Part shown: positions 36,665 to 46,354 of the stretch, one piece after another
Layout of the letters: each line of letters opens with the position of its first letter
Position numbering within the stretch: the stretch's first letter is position 1
From: a virus
Lineage: Duplodnaviria > Caudoviricetes
Length of the DNA stretch: 64,000 bases
IMG/VR virus record: IMGVR_UViG_2671180073_000002
Span: 1,356-65,355 of that record
Direction: 5' to 3' (one strand)
Position numbers and translations under genes: made by a program
Notes under the pieces: generated by a model
Databases searched by the model: none
What the model saw: the letters and a program-made list of their open reading frames with translations, nothing else
What the model was told of the DNA's origin: nothing

Positions 36665-36728
36665 CCAGTAATGACATGGCGGGGCTGGTATAGCCCCCTA
36701 GTCCCTTAATTCGAAAGGAGTTTTATCA

Positions 36729-37172
36729 ATGCCTGCAACCTATAGTGCAGTAGATTTGAATACCAAAGCCCGGCACATGGGCGGTTACGGCAATGCCGTG
36801 ATTCACCATGGCTCGGTTACGCCCACTACTGGAGCGGTTGGCGATGTCTACCGTCCGGTCCGGATACCGGCTGGCACGCTGCTGACAGACCTGTCTTTTG
36901 TTACCGGCGATCTGGACACCGGAACCGGCACAATCTCCGCGAAAGTTGGGTATGCGCCTGTCGATTCAGATGGACCGGCTGCGGTTGATGATTATTTTGC
37001 CGCAACCGCCACAACCCTGTTGGCGGCCGCTGGGCGCAAGGAGATGTCTTTTCAGCCCATCAAGTTTGAGAAGGACGTGTTTATCACCGTCACTTTGACG
37101 ATTGCTGCTAACGCTTTCGCTGCTGTTGCGGTGACGGCGATTGCCAAAGGTATCGGCGAAGGCGTCAAGTAA
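36729..37172 (+). CDS. Capsid decoration/cement protein
   Basis: Position after MCP; IPAG..DLD..VG pattern. Confidence 0.65.
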   Translation: MPATYSAVDLNTKARHMGGYGNAVIHHGSVTPTTGAVGDVYRPVRIPAGTLLTDLSFVTGDLDTGTGTISAKVGYAPVDSDGPAAVDDYFAATATTLLAAAGRKEMSFQPIKFEKDVFITVTLTIAANAFAAVAVTAIAKGIGEGVK

Positions 37173-37230
37173 GTTTTACCTGGGGCTGTTATTGGGGCGC
37201 TCTTCGGGGCGCCTTTTTTTTGGAGCAAAG

Positions 37231-37614
37231 ATGCCACAAGTTAAATATACCGCTGCCGGTATCAAGACCGACAGCATACGCGGCGTTGGCTTGAGATGGG
37301 AGCCGGGGCAGGTGCGCAATGTGACGGCAGAGGTTGCGGAAAGACTGCTGGTCTATACCGATACGTGGGCAGAAGTAAAAGAATCGCCTGTAGGGGCTGA
37401 GAACGCGCCTAGCGACGAGATTGGATTGGTTCAGGACGAGAAGCCAGCCGAAGAGCCACTACCAGTCGTCAACTTCCACGCCATGGACAAGAAAGCCCTG
37501 CTCGAATTCGCTGAGACGAAATACGGCGAGAAGTTCGACAAGCGCAAAAGTGAAATCGATCTGCGGCACAGAGTGATTGACCTTGCCGCGAAACATGCGA
37601 TGGAAGCCGAGTAA
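37231..37614 (+). CDS. Hypothetical virion-associated protein
   Basis: GGAG RBS; C-terminal HeH-like segment. Confidence 0.6.
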   Translation: MPQVKYTAAGIKTDSIRGVGLRWEPGQVRNVTAEVAERLLVYTDTWAEVKESPVGAENAPSDEIGLVQDEKPAEEPLPVVNFHAMDKKALLEFAETKYGEKFDKRKSEIDLRHRVIDLAAKHAMEAE

Positions 37615-37946
37615 TGGCCTTCACTTATCAATCGGTCGTTGACCTTGCTCGGATACCACTGAATGACGCGGACGGCGCGCGATATACCGACGAGACGCTG
37701 CTTGCGTTCGTCAATCATGGGCTGCTCGTCGTGGTCAAGCGTAGGCCGGATTTGTTCGTTGGTAACTTTTCCAACCTGCCGACTGGCGAGAAGACGCTGA
37801 CTGATGCGTTCCCGCTGCCGGCTGAATACATTCAGTTGATTGCCGATTACGTTACTTTCCGGGCCGAGAGTGCCGACGATGAGCATGTAAATTCAGGTCG
37901 GGCCGCCGCATTCGCTAACCTCTTTGGCGCAGAGGCTCCGGCATGA
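37614..37946 (+). CDS. Head-tail adaptor (DUF6682-like)
   Basis: LND..RY..LL..N....RPD. Confidence 0.65.
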   Translation: MAFTYQSVVDLARIPLNDADGARYTDETLLAFVNHGLLVVVKRRPDLFVGNFSNLPTGEKTLTDAFPLPAEYIQLIADYVTFRAESADDEHVNSGRAAAFANLFGAEAPA

Positions 37947-38569
37947 TCGCCCCATGGATTCAGTTCATGGATTACGTTTTACCAGACGTTCCGGGCTGCC
38001 CTATTCCCGCTGCCAACATCGCAATTCGCCAAGCCACTATTGCCTTCTGCGAACAGTCTCTAGCCTATAAAGCCACCCATCCAGATATAGCGGTTGTCGC
38101 CGGTACAGCCGAATATGACTTTGTTCCGCCTGATGAAACAGTAGTGCACGTCATCACCTACGCAGCATTCAACGGTGACGAGCTTCAGTCCCGCGTGGGC
38201 GAATACGGAATAAGCAATCCTGACTGGCGCTCGGAAGAAGGAACACCCAAGTACATCTTTGGCGGTATGACTTCGTTGATGCTTATTCCGGCGCCTGATG
38301 TCGATGGCACGTTGATCATGACGGTCGCGCTAAAGCCCTCGCCTGACGCTACCGGGATAGATGGTTCCATATTCAACGAATTCAGGGAGGCGATCATACA
38401 CGGCGCCCTGTCTCGACTGATGCTGTCGCCTAAAAAGCCATATTCGAACCCTTCGCTTGCCACCTATCACAATCAGCAATTCACCATTATGACCGGACAA
38501 GCCGGGACGCGGACTGCGCGCAGTTTTACCAGAGCGCCGTTGCAGACATCTATTTTGAGACGAGGATAG
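37943..38569 (+). CDS. Adaptor/tail tubular protein
   Basis: PDVPGCP..FCE..ALKPS..I.HGAL.RL..P.KP. Confidence 0.65.
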   Translation: MIAPWIQFMDYVLPDVPGCPIPAANIAIRQATIAFCEQSLAYKATHPDIAVVAGTAEYDFVPPDETVVHVITYAAFNGDELQSRVGEYGISNPDWRSEEGTPKYIFGGMTSLMLIPAPDVDGTLIMTVALKPSPDATGIDGSIFNEFREAIIHGALSRLMLSPKKPYSNPSLATYHNQQFTIMTGQAGTRTARSFTRAPLQTSILRRG

Positions 38570-38573
38570 GACC

Positions 38574-39455
38574 TTGAATAAATTTAGTAATTTTGGGAAA
38601 GCTATAGTCGGCTCAGCCCCATCTGGCACGAGCGGGCTAAGCTTCACCGTCGAGGCTGGCAAGGGACTGCTCTTTCCGGCATTGGCCGCTGGAGATTACT
38701 TCTATGGCACATTCAAGGATGCCTCGGGCAATCGTGAGGTCGTGAAGATCGATGCGCGAAACAGTGACGCGATGACGATAGCCGTAGGCGGGCGCGGACT
38801 GGATGGAACGACTGCAAGAACATGGAACGCTGGTGATTACTTTGTGGCCAGCCTGACCAATATCGCACTACAGGAAACGCTGTCGAATGCCAATTTGGTG
38901 GCGTTGGGGGCGCTTTCTTCTGCCGCCGACAAACTGCCGTACTTCACGGGATCGGGCGCGGCGGCACTGGCTGGCTTGACTGCCGCTGCCCGGACGCTTC
39001 TGGATGATACGGACATGGCCGCGATGCGGGCGACCCTCGGCATCTATGAAATTCCGACCGGCACGGTCATGTCATTTTTTCAAGCCGCTGCACCGACCGG
39101 CTGGACGCAGTTAACGACGCATAACAATAAAGCACTGCGCGTAGTAAGTGCGGCAGGTGGGGGTTCGGGAGGATCGGTTGCGTTTACTACTGCGTTTGCT
39201 TCAAAAGCAGTAAGCGGCGTGGTTGGGGCAACGACACTTACCGAGGCGCAAATCCCCTCGCATGTTCACTACAGTGGAAAGGGATTGCAGGGGCACGGAG
39301 GTACAGCGGATGTTCTGGTAGTTGGGAACGATGCACCGTTAACCACCGCGACTACCGCGACCGGAGGCGGTGGCTCGCACACTCACACATTCACAGGTAC
39401 CGCGATTGATTTGGCCGTGCAATACATCGACATGATCCTAGCGAGCAAGAACTAA
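38574..39455 (+). CDS. Tail fibre protein
   Basis: RGLDGTTARTW, ADKLPYFTG, collar IPTGTV..APTGW, HxH motifs. Confidence 0.8.
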   Translation: MNKFSNFGKAIVGSAPSGTSGLSFTVEAGKGLLFPALAAGDYFYGTFKDASGNREVVKIDARNSDAMTIAVGGRGLDGTTARTWNAGDYFVASLTNIALQETLSNANLVALGALSSAADKLPYFTGSGAAALAGLTAAARTLLDDTDMAAMRATLGIYEIPTGTVMSFFQAAAPTGWTQLTTHNNKALRVVSAAGGGSGGSVAFTTAFASKAVSGVVGATTLTEAQIPSHVHYSGKGLQGHGGTADVLVVGNDAPLTTATTATGGGGSHTHTFTGTAIDLAVQYIDMILASKN

Positions 39456-39781
39456 TGGAAACCAAAATCGCAGATTGCCCGCTCGGGGCGAAGTGTGAAG
39501 AGGCCAGAACCGAGAACGGCAAGCCGGTTTTATACCGCTGCCCTTGGTATATCCAGGTTCGTGGCAACGACGTGAATACTGGTACGGAAATCGACAATTG
39601 GGGTTGCGCTATCGCATGGATGCCAACCTTGATGATTAACACCGCCAATGAGTCGCGCAAGGGCGTAGCAGCTACCGAATCGTTCAGGAATGAAATGGTG
39701 AAGCAGGGGGAGCAAACGCAACAGGTGATGCTGGCGGCGGCGCAACTTGCGAATCGCCCGGAGAAATTACTTAATGGCTGA
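39455..39781 (+). CDS. Cys-rich tail-fibre-associated protein
   Basis: CPL..C..CPW..WGCAIAWMP..ESFRNE. Confidence 0.65.
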   Translation: METKIADCPLGAKCEEARTENGKPVLYRCPWYIQVRGNDVNTGTEIDNWGCAIAWMPTLMINTANESRKGVAATESFRNEMVKQGEQTQQVMLAAAQLANRPEKLLNG

Positions 39782-40052
39782 TTGCACATCCACGCCACCC
39801 CGCGTCAAAACCTTCTGGACAGGATTGCGCGATCAAAGCGCCCACATGTTCTACGGCTTGTGCCTTATGTTCGCCTTCACATTCCCGGTTCCGGTCTGGG
39901 GCGCAACGATCCTTGTAATGGCGGTCGCGACAGAGCGTGAACTTGAGCAGCATGATTGGGACATTACCAGAGTTGGCCGCACCGACTTATTCTTCTGGTT
40001 CCTATCCTGCCTGATATTCAATGCCGTTTATTACGGAGTAAAGTATTTATAA
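39774..40052 (+). CDS. Membrane protein
   Basis: Several hydrophobic segments. Confidence 0.55.
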   Translation: MADCTSTPPRVKTFWTGLRDQSAHMFYGLCLMFAFTFPVPVWGATILVMAVATERELEQHDWDITRVGRTDLFFWFLSCLIFNAVYYGVKYL

Positions 40053-40161
40053 ATCATTGCATTACGTTTCACGAACAGGCCGCCACTGAGCGGCTTTTTT
40101 ATTGGGAGTCTGCATGACTCGTTACCGCAAGACGCACGCTTTACTTTATAGGAGCAAGGCA

Positions 40162-40335
40162 ATGGCACTCGATGACAAAGCAAAAGAAGCGCTGAAGTTT
40201 GTGCAGGATGGCTACGACAAAGCCGAGGAAGAGGTTGACGGATGGTTCGTGCGGAACAAGCTCTCGGTAGCAATACTGACTGGCGTCGCCGTCGGCATCG
40301 CCCTGTTGGCAATTGCTGTACTCGCGCTGCTGTAA
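40162..40335 (+). CDS. Small C-terminally anchored membrane protein
   Basis: AGGAG RBS; TM tail. Confidence 0.6.
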   Translation: MALDDKAKEALKFVQDGYDKAEEEVDGWFVRNKLSVAILTGVAVGIALLAIAVLALL

Positions 40336-40338
40336 ATC

Positions 40339-40533
40339 ATGGACGTATCAGACCGCGCTACCGAACAGGAAGAGATTCATCGCGAGGCGGCGCGGGCTGC
40401 AAGAAAACCTGTTTTAAAGCATGACGGTTACTGCCTGAGTTGCTTTGAGCGATCAATTACCCCGCTTTGCGGTATGGAATGCCAAAAAGCATACGAAACA
40501 GACGAAAGCGCGAGGATACGAAATGGGCTGTGA
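40339..40533 (+). CDS. TraR/DksA-like C4 zinc-finger protein
   Basis: MDxxDRA motif; CxxC..CxxxC. Confidence 0.7.
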   Translation: MDVSDRATEQEEIHREAARAARKPVLKHDGYCLSCFERSITPLCGMECQKAYETDESARIRNGL

Positions 40534-40819
40534 TGAAGGTGAAAAGGAGGAAAGGAGAAGGCGCGGCCCATCGAATTACACGCTGTCATTCGGCGGGATT
40601 ATCGCGGTAGCCGGTCTGCTCGCTTCTGGCGTTGCGACCTATAACGCGGTGCAGAACGATATTGCGGCGCTCAAGCGCGGCGAGGTTTATCAGGAGCGCA
40701 CCAATGAGCGCTTGAGCGCTGAGATTAAGTCGGCAAGGGTCGAGCAGCGGGAAACCATGAAGGAGTTTAACGAGAAGCTCGACAGGATCATTGATCACTG
40801 GAACAGGAGGGGGCGATGA
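40523..40819 (+). CDS. Holin/antiholin-like protein (1 TM + coiled coil)
   Basis: ERRR-TM-coiled coil-KLDR pattern. Confidence 0.55.
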   Translation: MGCDEGEKEERRRRGPSNYTLSFGGIIAVAGLLASGVATYNAVQNDIAALKRGEVYQERTNERLSAEIKSARVEQRETMKEFNEKLDRIIDHWNRRGR

Positions 40820-41070
40820 AATACTTGATTATAGTCGCAGCCGTTTTCGCCGCGGCTTGTGTTGAGCCGAAGGTAGTGCCGGATAAGACCGATGCCGTGG
40901 TGATACTGCCGACTGTAGGGGCCCATGCAACCCGGGAGCCGGCAGAGGAACCGGCGAAGACATCAAGGCCTACGGTCAGACTCAATGTCCCGACGTGCAA
41001 GGGCATTGATACCGGGGATGAGAAGGAATCGCTGAATCTGAAGCTCGATTGCATGCTGGATGGAAAATGA
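40816..41070 (+). CDS. Putative lipoprotein
   Basis: MKYLIIVAAVFAAAC lipobox. Confidence 0.55.
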   Translation: MKYLIIVAAVFAAACVEPKVVPDKTDAVVILPTVGAHATREPAEEPAKTSRPTVRLNVPTCKGIDTGDEKESLNLKLDCMLDGK

Positions 41071-41348
41071 AGTTCGTTGAGAACTGGGAAGCGATTCTAA
41101 AGGGCGCCTGGAGCGTACGACTGGCCGCTGTCGCGTCAATCCTGATCAGCATATCCGAATCGGCCTCGTTCGTGCCTACCGGGATCTTGGGCATAACCCC
41201 TGAACTGGTCGCTGATGGAGCGTCTGCTTTCAAGTATCTCGGCTGGTTTTTCTACGCTGCCGGGGCATTTGCTGCGCGATTCATTAACCAGGGGATTGCG
41301 GACGCGCAAATCCAGGCGGCACTGGACGCGGCAAAGGAGCAGTCATGA
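41067..41348 (+). CDS. Holin
   Basis: MKFVENW..AWSVRL..ARFINQ two-TM pattern. Confidence 0.7.
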   Translation: MKFVENWEAILKGAWSVRLAAVASILISISESASFVPTGILGITPELVADGASAFKYLGWFFYAAGAFAARFINQGIADAQIQAALDAAKEQS

Positions 41349-41713
41349 AACCATCTGTAAATCAGGTTATCTCGACTGTAGGCGATGACGGCAAACTGCT
41401 GTTCTGGTGTCCCGGCTGCGATAGGACGCATGGGATACAACATGGCGAAGGGAAGGGCCCGCGATGGGATTGGAATGGAGATGTGAGGCGACCAACTATC
41501 ACGCCATCAATACTGGTTCGCAGAACTAAGCTCACGGTTAGCGATGAAGAGGCAATGACAAGGGCCGCTGCCGGCGAGAAGGAATTGCCGCACGTAGAGA
41601 CGATTTGCCATTCGTTCATCACTGATGGCCGCATCCAATTCCTGACAGATTGCACGCATACCTTGGCAGGCCAGACAGTTGATCTACCTAATTATGGAGC
41701 GGGCCATGATTAA
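41345..41713 (+). CDS. DUF6527-like zinc-binding protein
   Basis: FWCPGC..H..WNGD..PT.TPSI..CHSFITDG..DCTH. Confidence 0.75.
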   Translation: MKPSVNQVISTVGDDGKLLFWCPGCDRTHGIQHGEGKGPRWDWNGDVRRPTITPSILVRRTKLTVSDEEAMTRAAAGEKELPHVETICHSFITDGRIQFLTDCTHTLAGQTVDLPNYGAGHD

Positions 41714-42242
41714 ACCATCTGTGACGCAGGTTCGGTCTGCCGTGGCGCTGATGATGGTTAGCGCAAGCCTGTATGTTGGCATCGCCCAGCATGAGGGCTA
41801 TGTCGAGGTTGCCGCGCCGCCGGTCGCTGGGGACGTGCCTACTAACGGATTTGGCTCTACTGCTGGCGTCCGACTGGGAGATAAAACAACGCCAGTCCGC
41901 GCCATGATCCGCCTGCTTAACGAGATCGAGGACGTCTATGCCGCCGGTGTGCGCAAGTGCGTCGCCGTGCCGCTTTATCAGCACGAGTTCGATGCATATG
42001 TGAGCCTCGCCTATAACGTGGGCGTGGGCGCAGTGTGCCGCAAAGCCGACAAACGGACGGTTGACGATCAAGGTAAGCCGAAGCTACCGGAGCCGGACAG
42101 ATTAATTGACGTGCTGAATCAGGGCGATTATGAGGAAGCCTGTAGGCGCATCAAGTCATTTAATAGGTTCCAAGGAAAGGTTATGCGCGGGCTGACCATT
42201 CGTCGCGAGGCTGAATATAAGCAGTGCTTGGGGTTGGCGTGA
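41706..42242 (+). CDS. GH24 lysozyme, SAR-type endolysin
   Basis: N-terminal Ala-rich TM; EG..D.PT.GFG; AYNVG; GLxxRR.AE. Confidence 0.92.
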   Translation: MIKPSVTQVRSAVALMMVSASLYVGIAQHEGYVEVAAPPVAGDVPTNGFGSTAGVRLGDKTTPVRAMIRLLNEIEDVYAAGVRKCVAVPLYQHEFDAYVSLAYNVGVGAVCRKADKRTVDDQGKPKLPEPDRLIDVLNQGDYEEACRRIKSFNRFQGKVMRGLTIRREAEYKQCLGLA

Positions 42243-42454
42243 ATAATTTCGTTCCATGGTTCGTGACTGCTGTTATGTGCAGTTTGATGGCTATGGTTTT
42301 CTATTCCTATGCCAACTGGCTTCCGATAAGAGTATTCGATGTTTTTCTGATGGCCTGGATGAGTTGGGCGGCCATCGTTGTCGTTCGCGGTTACTTCAAG
42401 ATTTACGCGATCTTTGATCGGATGGACAGGAGAGCTAAGGATGGTCGGGTGTGA
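42239..42454 (+). CDS. Small two-TM protein
   Basis: Coupled to the endolysin. Confidence 0.5.
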   Translation: MNNFVPWFVTAVMCSLMAMVFYSYANWLPIRVFDVFLMAWMSWAAIVVVRGYFKIYAIFDRMDRRAKDGRV

Positions 42455-42792
42455 ACGGTCTGCCCGGTAACTTCGTCATCGTCGATGGCTTGCTCACAGT
42501 AGAAGCAATCCTGAAACCGTCTTGGCTGGTACGCCGTCGCGTTGATGATCGATCGATAACGGGCCCTTATGTCTGGGTTGCCACTATCGCGCAGCAAGAA
42601 GAGCCGAGCGCGTATGACGTCAAGGGGCACGTTGCGAGAGACGAGCATCCCATGGTCATCAGCGACCGTCGCGCACTGAAAAGAATAGTGCGGGAACTCG
42701 GTTTTACCTCTGGAAAATACGAAAGAGTAGACGAGAACGGCCAAGGTCGCGCATCACATAATTTCGATAGAAATGCACAAAAAACAGGCTGA
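42451..42792 (+). CDS. Hypothetical protein
   Basis: Coupled ORF. Confidence 0.5.
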   Translation: MNGLPGNFVIVDGLLTVEAILKPSWLVRRRVDDRSITGPYVWVATIAQQEEPSAYDVKGHVARDEHPMVISDRRALKRIVRELGFTSGKYERVDENGQGRASHNFDRNAQKTG

Positions 42793-42901
42793 ATTTCAGG
42801 CGTTCTAAGCGATTTAAATCACAAGGTATAGGGTAAGACAAGGGTTATAAAAAAGGCGTTTTAGCTGTTTATCCCATTGCATCTAAATAAGAGTTTTGTC
42901 T

Positions 42902-44941
42902 ATGGCAGCATTCCGAATCGCCGGTTTTTCCGGCCTTGTGCCGAGGCTGGCCAAGCAACTGCTGAGCCCGAATCAGGCGCAAGTAGCGACCAATTGCATT
43001 CTAACCTCTGGCGACTTGCGTCCACGTAACGGACCTCTTCTGATCGCTTCGCCGGTTATCGCCAACGACATCAAATCCATGTTCCGGATGGAAAAAGATG
43101 GCAATGAAAAATGGCTGGCATGGGATAAGGATGTAGATGTTGCTCGTTCGCCCATCGCAGCCAATACCGAAAGGCGGTTCTACTACACCGGCGACGGCGA
43201 ACCCCGGGTATCGGATTACGATACCGCGACTGCTGGCATAGGCCCATACCCTTCAGGCTGCTTTGTGCTTGGGGTGACGCCTCCAATAACAAAGCCTTCC
43301 GTGTCTGCCAGTGGCGGTACCGGCGCTGATGTTACTCGGGCATACGTTTATACCTTCGTTACGCCATGGGGCGAGGAATCGGCGCCTTCTCCGGCTTCTA
43401 CGCTGGCTACCGGCAAAGAGTCGGGTGCGACCTGGGCATTAAGCGGGATGGATGTTGCGCCGCCGAATTCGGGCACGGTAACCGGTGCGGTCAAAGATAC
43501 GCCGTCTGCTGGTTACGTTGAGATCACGCTTGATAAGGTTTATGGGCTGCGCGCTGGCGAGACTGTGACATTTTCTGGTGTTACCGGCATGACTGACCTC
43601 AATGGTGCGTTCACCCTTAATAACGTTGATTCTGTCACCAAGAAAGTCAGGGTCATCCTATCGACCACACAGACTTATTCATCCGGCGGCACGTGGACGC
43701 GGCAGGCCCCACATAACACCAACGGGATGAACAAACGCATCTATCGCACGCTGACCACTTCGAGTGGCACTGAGTACCACTACGTTGTCACCATTGCTGC
43801 AATCACCGCGACTTACAGCGATACGGCGAGTGATGAGACTGTCGCGCTGGGCGAAGTATTGCCCTCTACCACCTGGCTCATGCCGCCGGCAGACCTAAAG
43901 GGTATCGTCATTCTTGCCAACGGAATCGCGGCTGGTTTCACCGGAAATGAAGTCTGCTTCTCGGAGCCATTCAAGCCCTATGCCTGGCCGACCGCTTACC
44001 GGCAGACCTACGATCAGGACATTGTTGCAATCGGAGTTACCGGGACAACCCTTGTTGGCATGACGAAAGGCAATCCGTTCAGCATTACCGGCGTGGACCC
44101 GGTAACGATGGGCGGAGGCATGGAGAAGCTGGGCGTTGCATGGCCGTGCATGGCTAAGCGCGGCATGGCGAGTTTTGCATTCGGCGTAGGCTACCCGGCT
44201 CCGCAAGGGTTGGTTATCGCTGGCATCAATACGGACATTGTGACCAAGGATCTGTTCACGCAAAAGGAATGGGCTGAGCTTAACCCCAATACATTCATTG
44301 CCGCCTCTGCCGACAATCGTTACTACTGCGGATATACGGTTGATGACAGTTCGCTCATGTTCGTGATCGACAAGGCTGAATCTGCTTCATTCATCAAGGT
44401 TAATCAGAAGATTACGGCGATATGGGCTGATCCCTGGACCGGAAAACTTTACGTCGCAGCCGACAAGAAAATCTACCAGTGGGAAGGCGACGTCGGGACA
44501 AAGCTCGCCTACGAATGGAAGAGCAAGAAGTTCATTACGGCGCCGCCTATCAACTATGGCGCGGCCAAGATCGATGCTGATTTTGATATGACCGAAGCCG
44601 AATCCGCTTCATCCGGCGCATCGTTTGAGGCTTCTATTGCAGCAAATCAGGCGCTGATCGACGGCAGATTAATGGATGATGGATTAGCAGATGCGGAATT
44701 GGGTGAGCGTGAGCTATGCGGGGATGCGATGGAATCTACGCCTTCACTGGTTATCGACTCGCTGCAATTCCAACTATGGGCGGATGGCGTGCTGAAGTTT
44801 ACCAAGCAGGTAACGAATACCCGCGCCTTCCGGCTGCCAGGTGGCTACAAGGCAGACAATGTTGAAGTTGTGCTATCGGGTAACGTGAAAGTTACAGGCG
44901 TGGTGCTGGCTGAGACTATGGATGGATTGAAGGGCGCGTAA
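42902..44941 (+). CDS. Tail nozzle/packaged-DNA stabilisation protein
   Basis: F.GLVPR, RAYVYTFVT.WGEESAPSP, FSEP..PYAWP, WKSKKF, FRLP. Confidence 0.75.
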   Translation: MAAFRIAGFSGLVPRLAKQLLSPNQAQVATNCILTSGDLRPRNGPLLIASPVIANDIKSMFRMEKDGNEKWLAWDKDVDVARSPIAANTERRFYYTGDGEPRVSDYDTATAGIGPYPSGCFVLGVTPPITKPSVSASGGTGADVTRAYVYTFVTPWGEESAPSPASTLATGKESGATWALSGMDVAPPNSGTVTGAVKDTPSAGYVEITLDKVYGLRAGETVTFSGVTGMTDLNGAFTLNNVDSVTKKVRVILSTTQTYSSGGTWTRQAPHNTNGMNKRIYRTLTTSSGTEYHYVVTIAAITATYSDTASDETVALGEVLPSTTWLMPPADLKGIVILANGIAAGFTGNEVCFSEPFKPYAWPTAYRQTYDQDIVAIGVTGTTLVGMTKGNPFSITGVDPVTMGGGMEKLGVAWPCMAKRGMASFAFGVGYPAPQGLVIAGINTDIVTKDLFTQKEWAELNPNTFIAASADNRYYCGYTVDDSSLMFVIDKAESASFIKVNQKITAIWADPWTGKLYVAADKKIYQWEGDVGTKLAYEWKSKKFITAPPINYGAAKIDADFDMTEAESASSGASFEASIAANQALIDGRLMDDGLADAELGERELCGDAMESTPSLVIDSLQFQLWADGVLKFTKQVTNTRAFRLPGGYKADNVEVVLSGNVKVTGVVLAETMDGLKGA

Positions 44942-45033
44942 CAGGAAACTTGCGCAAATACTCAGTTTGCACAAATTCGCAAACTGAAACACCAGCCGCT
45001 CATTTGGGCGGCTTTTTTATTGGAGAAATGAAA

Positions 45034-45429
45034 ATGGCTTTAGGATATAACGCAACACTCAGAAATACGATGCTGAACGCTATCACCACGGCGGCAGGGG
45101 CAAGTGCATTGCTTCGCATATACAGCGGCTCCAGACCGGCAACAGGCGGCACAGCAACGACGCTGCTTGCACAGTTGACATGCAACGCCACATTCGCGCC
45201 TGCGGCCTCTGGCGGTGTCCTGACTCTCAATGCAATCGCCGACGACTCAAGCGCGGATGCTACCGGGACGGCATCATGGTTTCGCATCGTGAAATCCGAC
45301 GGGACGACTCATGTGCTTGATGGAAACGTTGGCACAAGCGGTTCCGATTTGAATCTGACCACGACAAGCATTGTTGCGGCGCAGCCGGTAAGTGTGACCA
45401 GTTTCACGATCAGCGAAGGCAATCCGTAA
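45034..45429 (+). CDS. Putative virion protein
   Basis: LRIYSGSRP..GTASWFRI..DG.VG pattern. Confidence 0.65.
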   Translation: MALGYNATLRNTMLNAITTAAGASALLRIYSGSRPATGGTATTLLAQLTCNATFAPAASGGVLTLNAIADDSSADATGTASWFRIVKSDGTTHVLDGNVGTSGSDLNLTTTSIVAAQPVSVTSFTISEGNP

Positions 45430-45869
45430 TGGCAAACGTACTGAACCGCACAACCAATGAGTTTCGGCGCAGCGTTCATGAGCCGAATTACCCAGCAGGG
45501 GAGTGGATCATCAATCCTAATTTGGCGGCAGTTGAAGGCTTTGAGTCCAAATACTGGATCATTACCGGCGATACCGTGACTCTCATGGATCAAGCTGCGC
45601 GAAACGCTGTTGATTTGGCTGAGCTAGAAACGCAGCGCGACGCCATCGCTAGTATGTTCACGAACCCAGAGGATGTGCTTCGGGCGTTCATGCGGGTAGT
45701 GCTGAATGAGTTTAACGCTCATGCAGACTTCCAAAACCAGATTCTGAATGGGATACGCACCGCCACGTCGCTTGCTGATTTAAAGGCTAAAGCCACAGCC
45801 AAACAGGATTATCCTGACCGGACTGTTGACGATCTTATCACTGCTATCCGTAATAACTTAGGAAGTTAA
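45429..45869 (+). CDS. Hypothetical protein
   Basis: Coupled ORF. Confidence 0.6.
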   Translation: MANVLNRTTNEFRRSVHEPNYPAGEWIINPNLAAVEGFESKYWIITGDTVTLMDQAARNAVDLAELETQRDAIASMFTNPEDVLRAFMRVVLNEFNAHADFQNQILNGIRTATSLADLKAKATAKQDYPDRTVDDLITAIRNNLGS

Positions 45870-45871
45870 AA

Positions 45872-46354
45872 ATGGCGACCTCAGAAATTATCCTCCCGAT
45901 TTTAAGTGGAGTAAAGGATGCGTCATTTCCGCCTGGTCTGTTGTGGATCGGCAACGTTCCATACCTCACCCTTGATGGAACGGATGATGAAATCATTACT
46001 TTCTCTTTCCGCATGCCAGATAATTTCGCTTCTGGCCTTACGGTAAAATGGCAGTATTCAATGGTTTCCGCAACAACGGGAGTCGTTGCAATCCGGACTC
46101 AGTTTGCGGCCTCTTCTGTTGGGGATAATATAGTTTCAAGAACGGCTGCTGCCATCGAGAAATCGGCGGACAACACCGTTCCAGGAACAGCAGGAGTTCT
46201 TAAAGAAATATCCTACTCGCCCGCTGTTCTTGATTCGCTTGCAGGTGGCGATCAAATTGCTATTCGCATTGGTCGCGAGAATGGAACTACCGGAACAAAC
46301 GCAACAGGCGACATGGCGGTCTGGGCAATCTCGCTCACCTACACGACAACTTAA
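45872..46354 (+). CDS. Putative beta-rich virion protein
   Basis: Coupled; beta-strand pattern. Confidence 0.6.
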   Translation: MATSEIILPILSGVKDASFPPGLLWIGNVPYLTLDGTDDEIITFSFRMPDNFASGLTVKWQYSMVSATTGVVAIRTQFAASSVGDNIVSRTAAAIEKSADNTVPGTAGVLKEISYSPAVLDSLAGGDQIAIRIGRENGTTGTNATGDMAVWAISLTYTTT

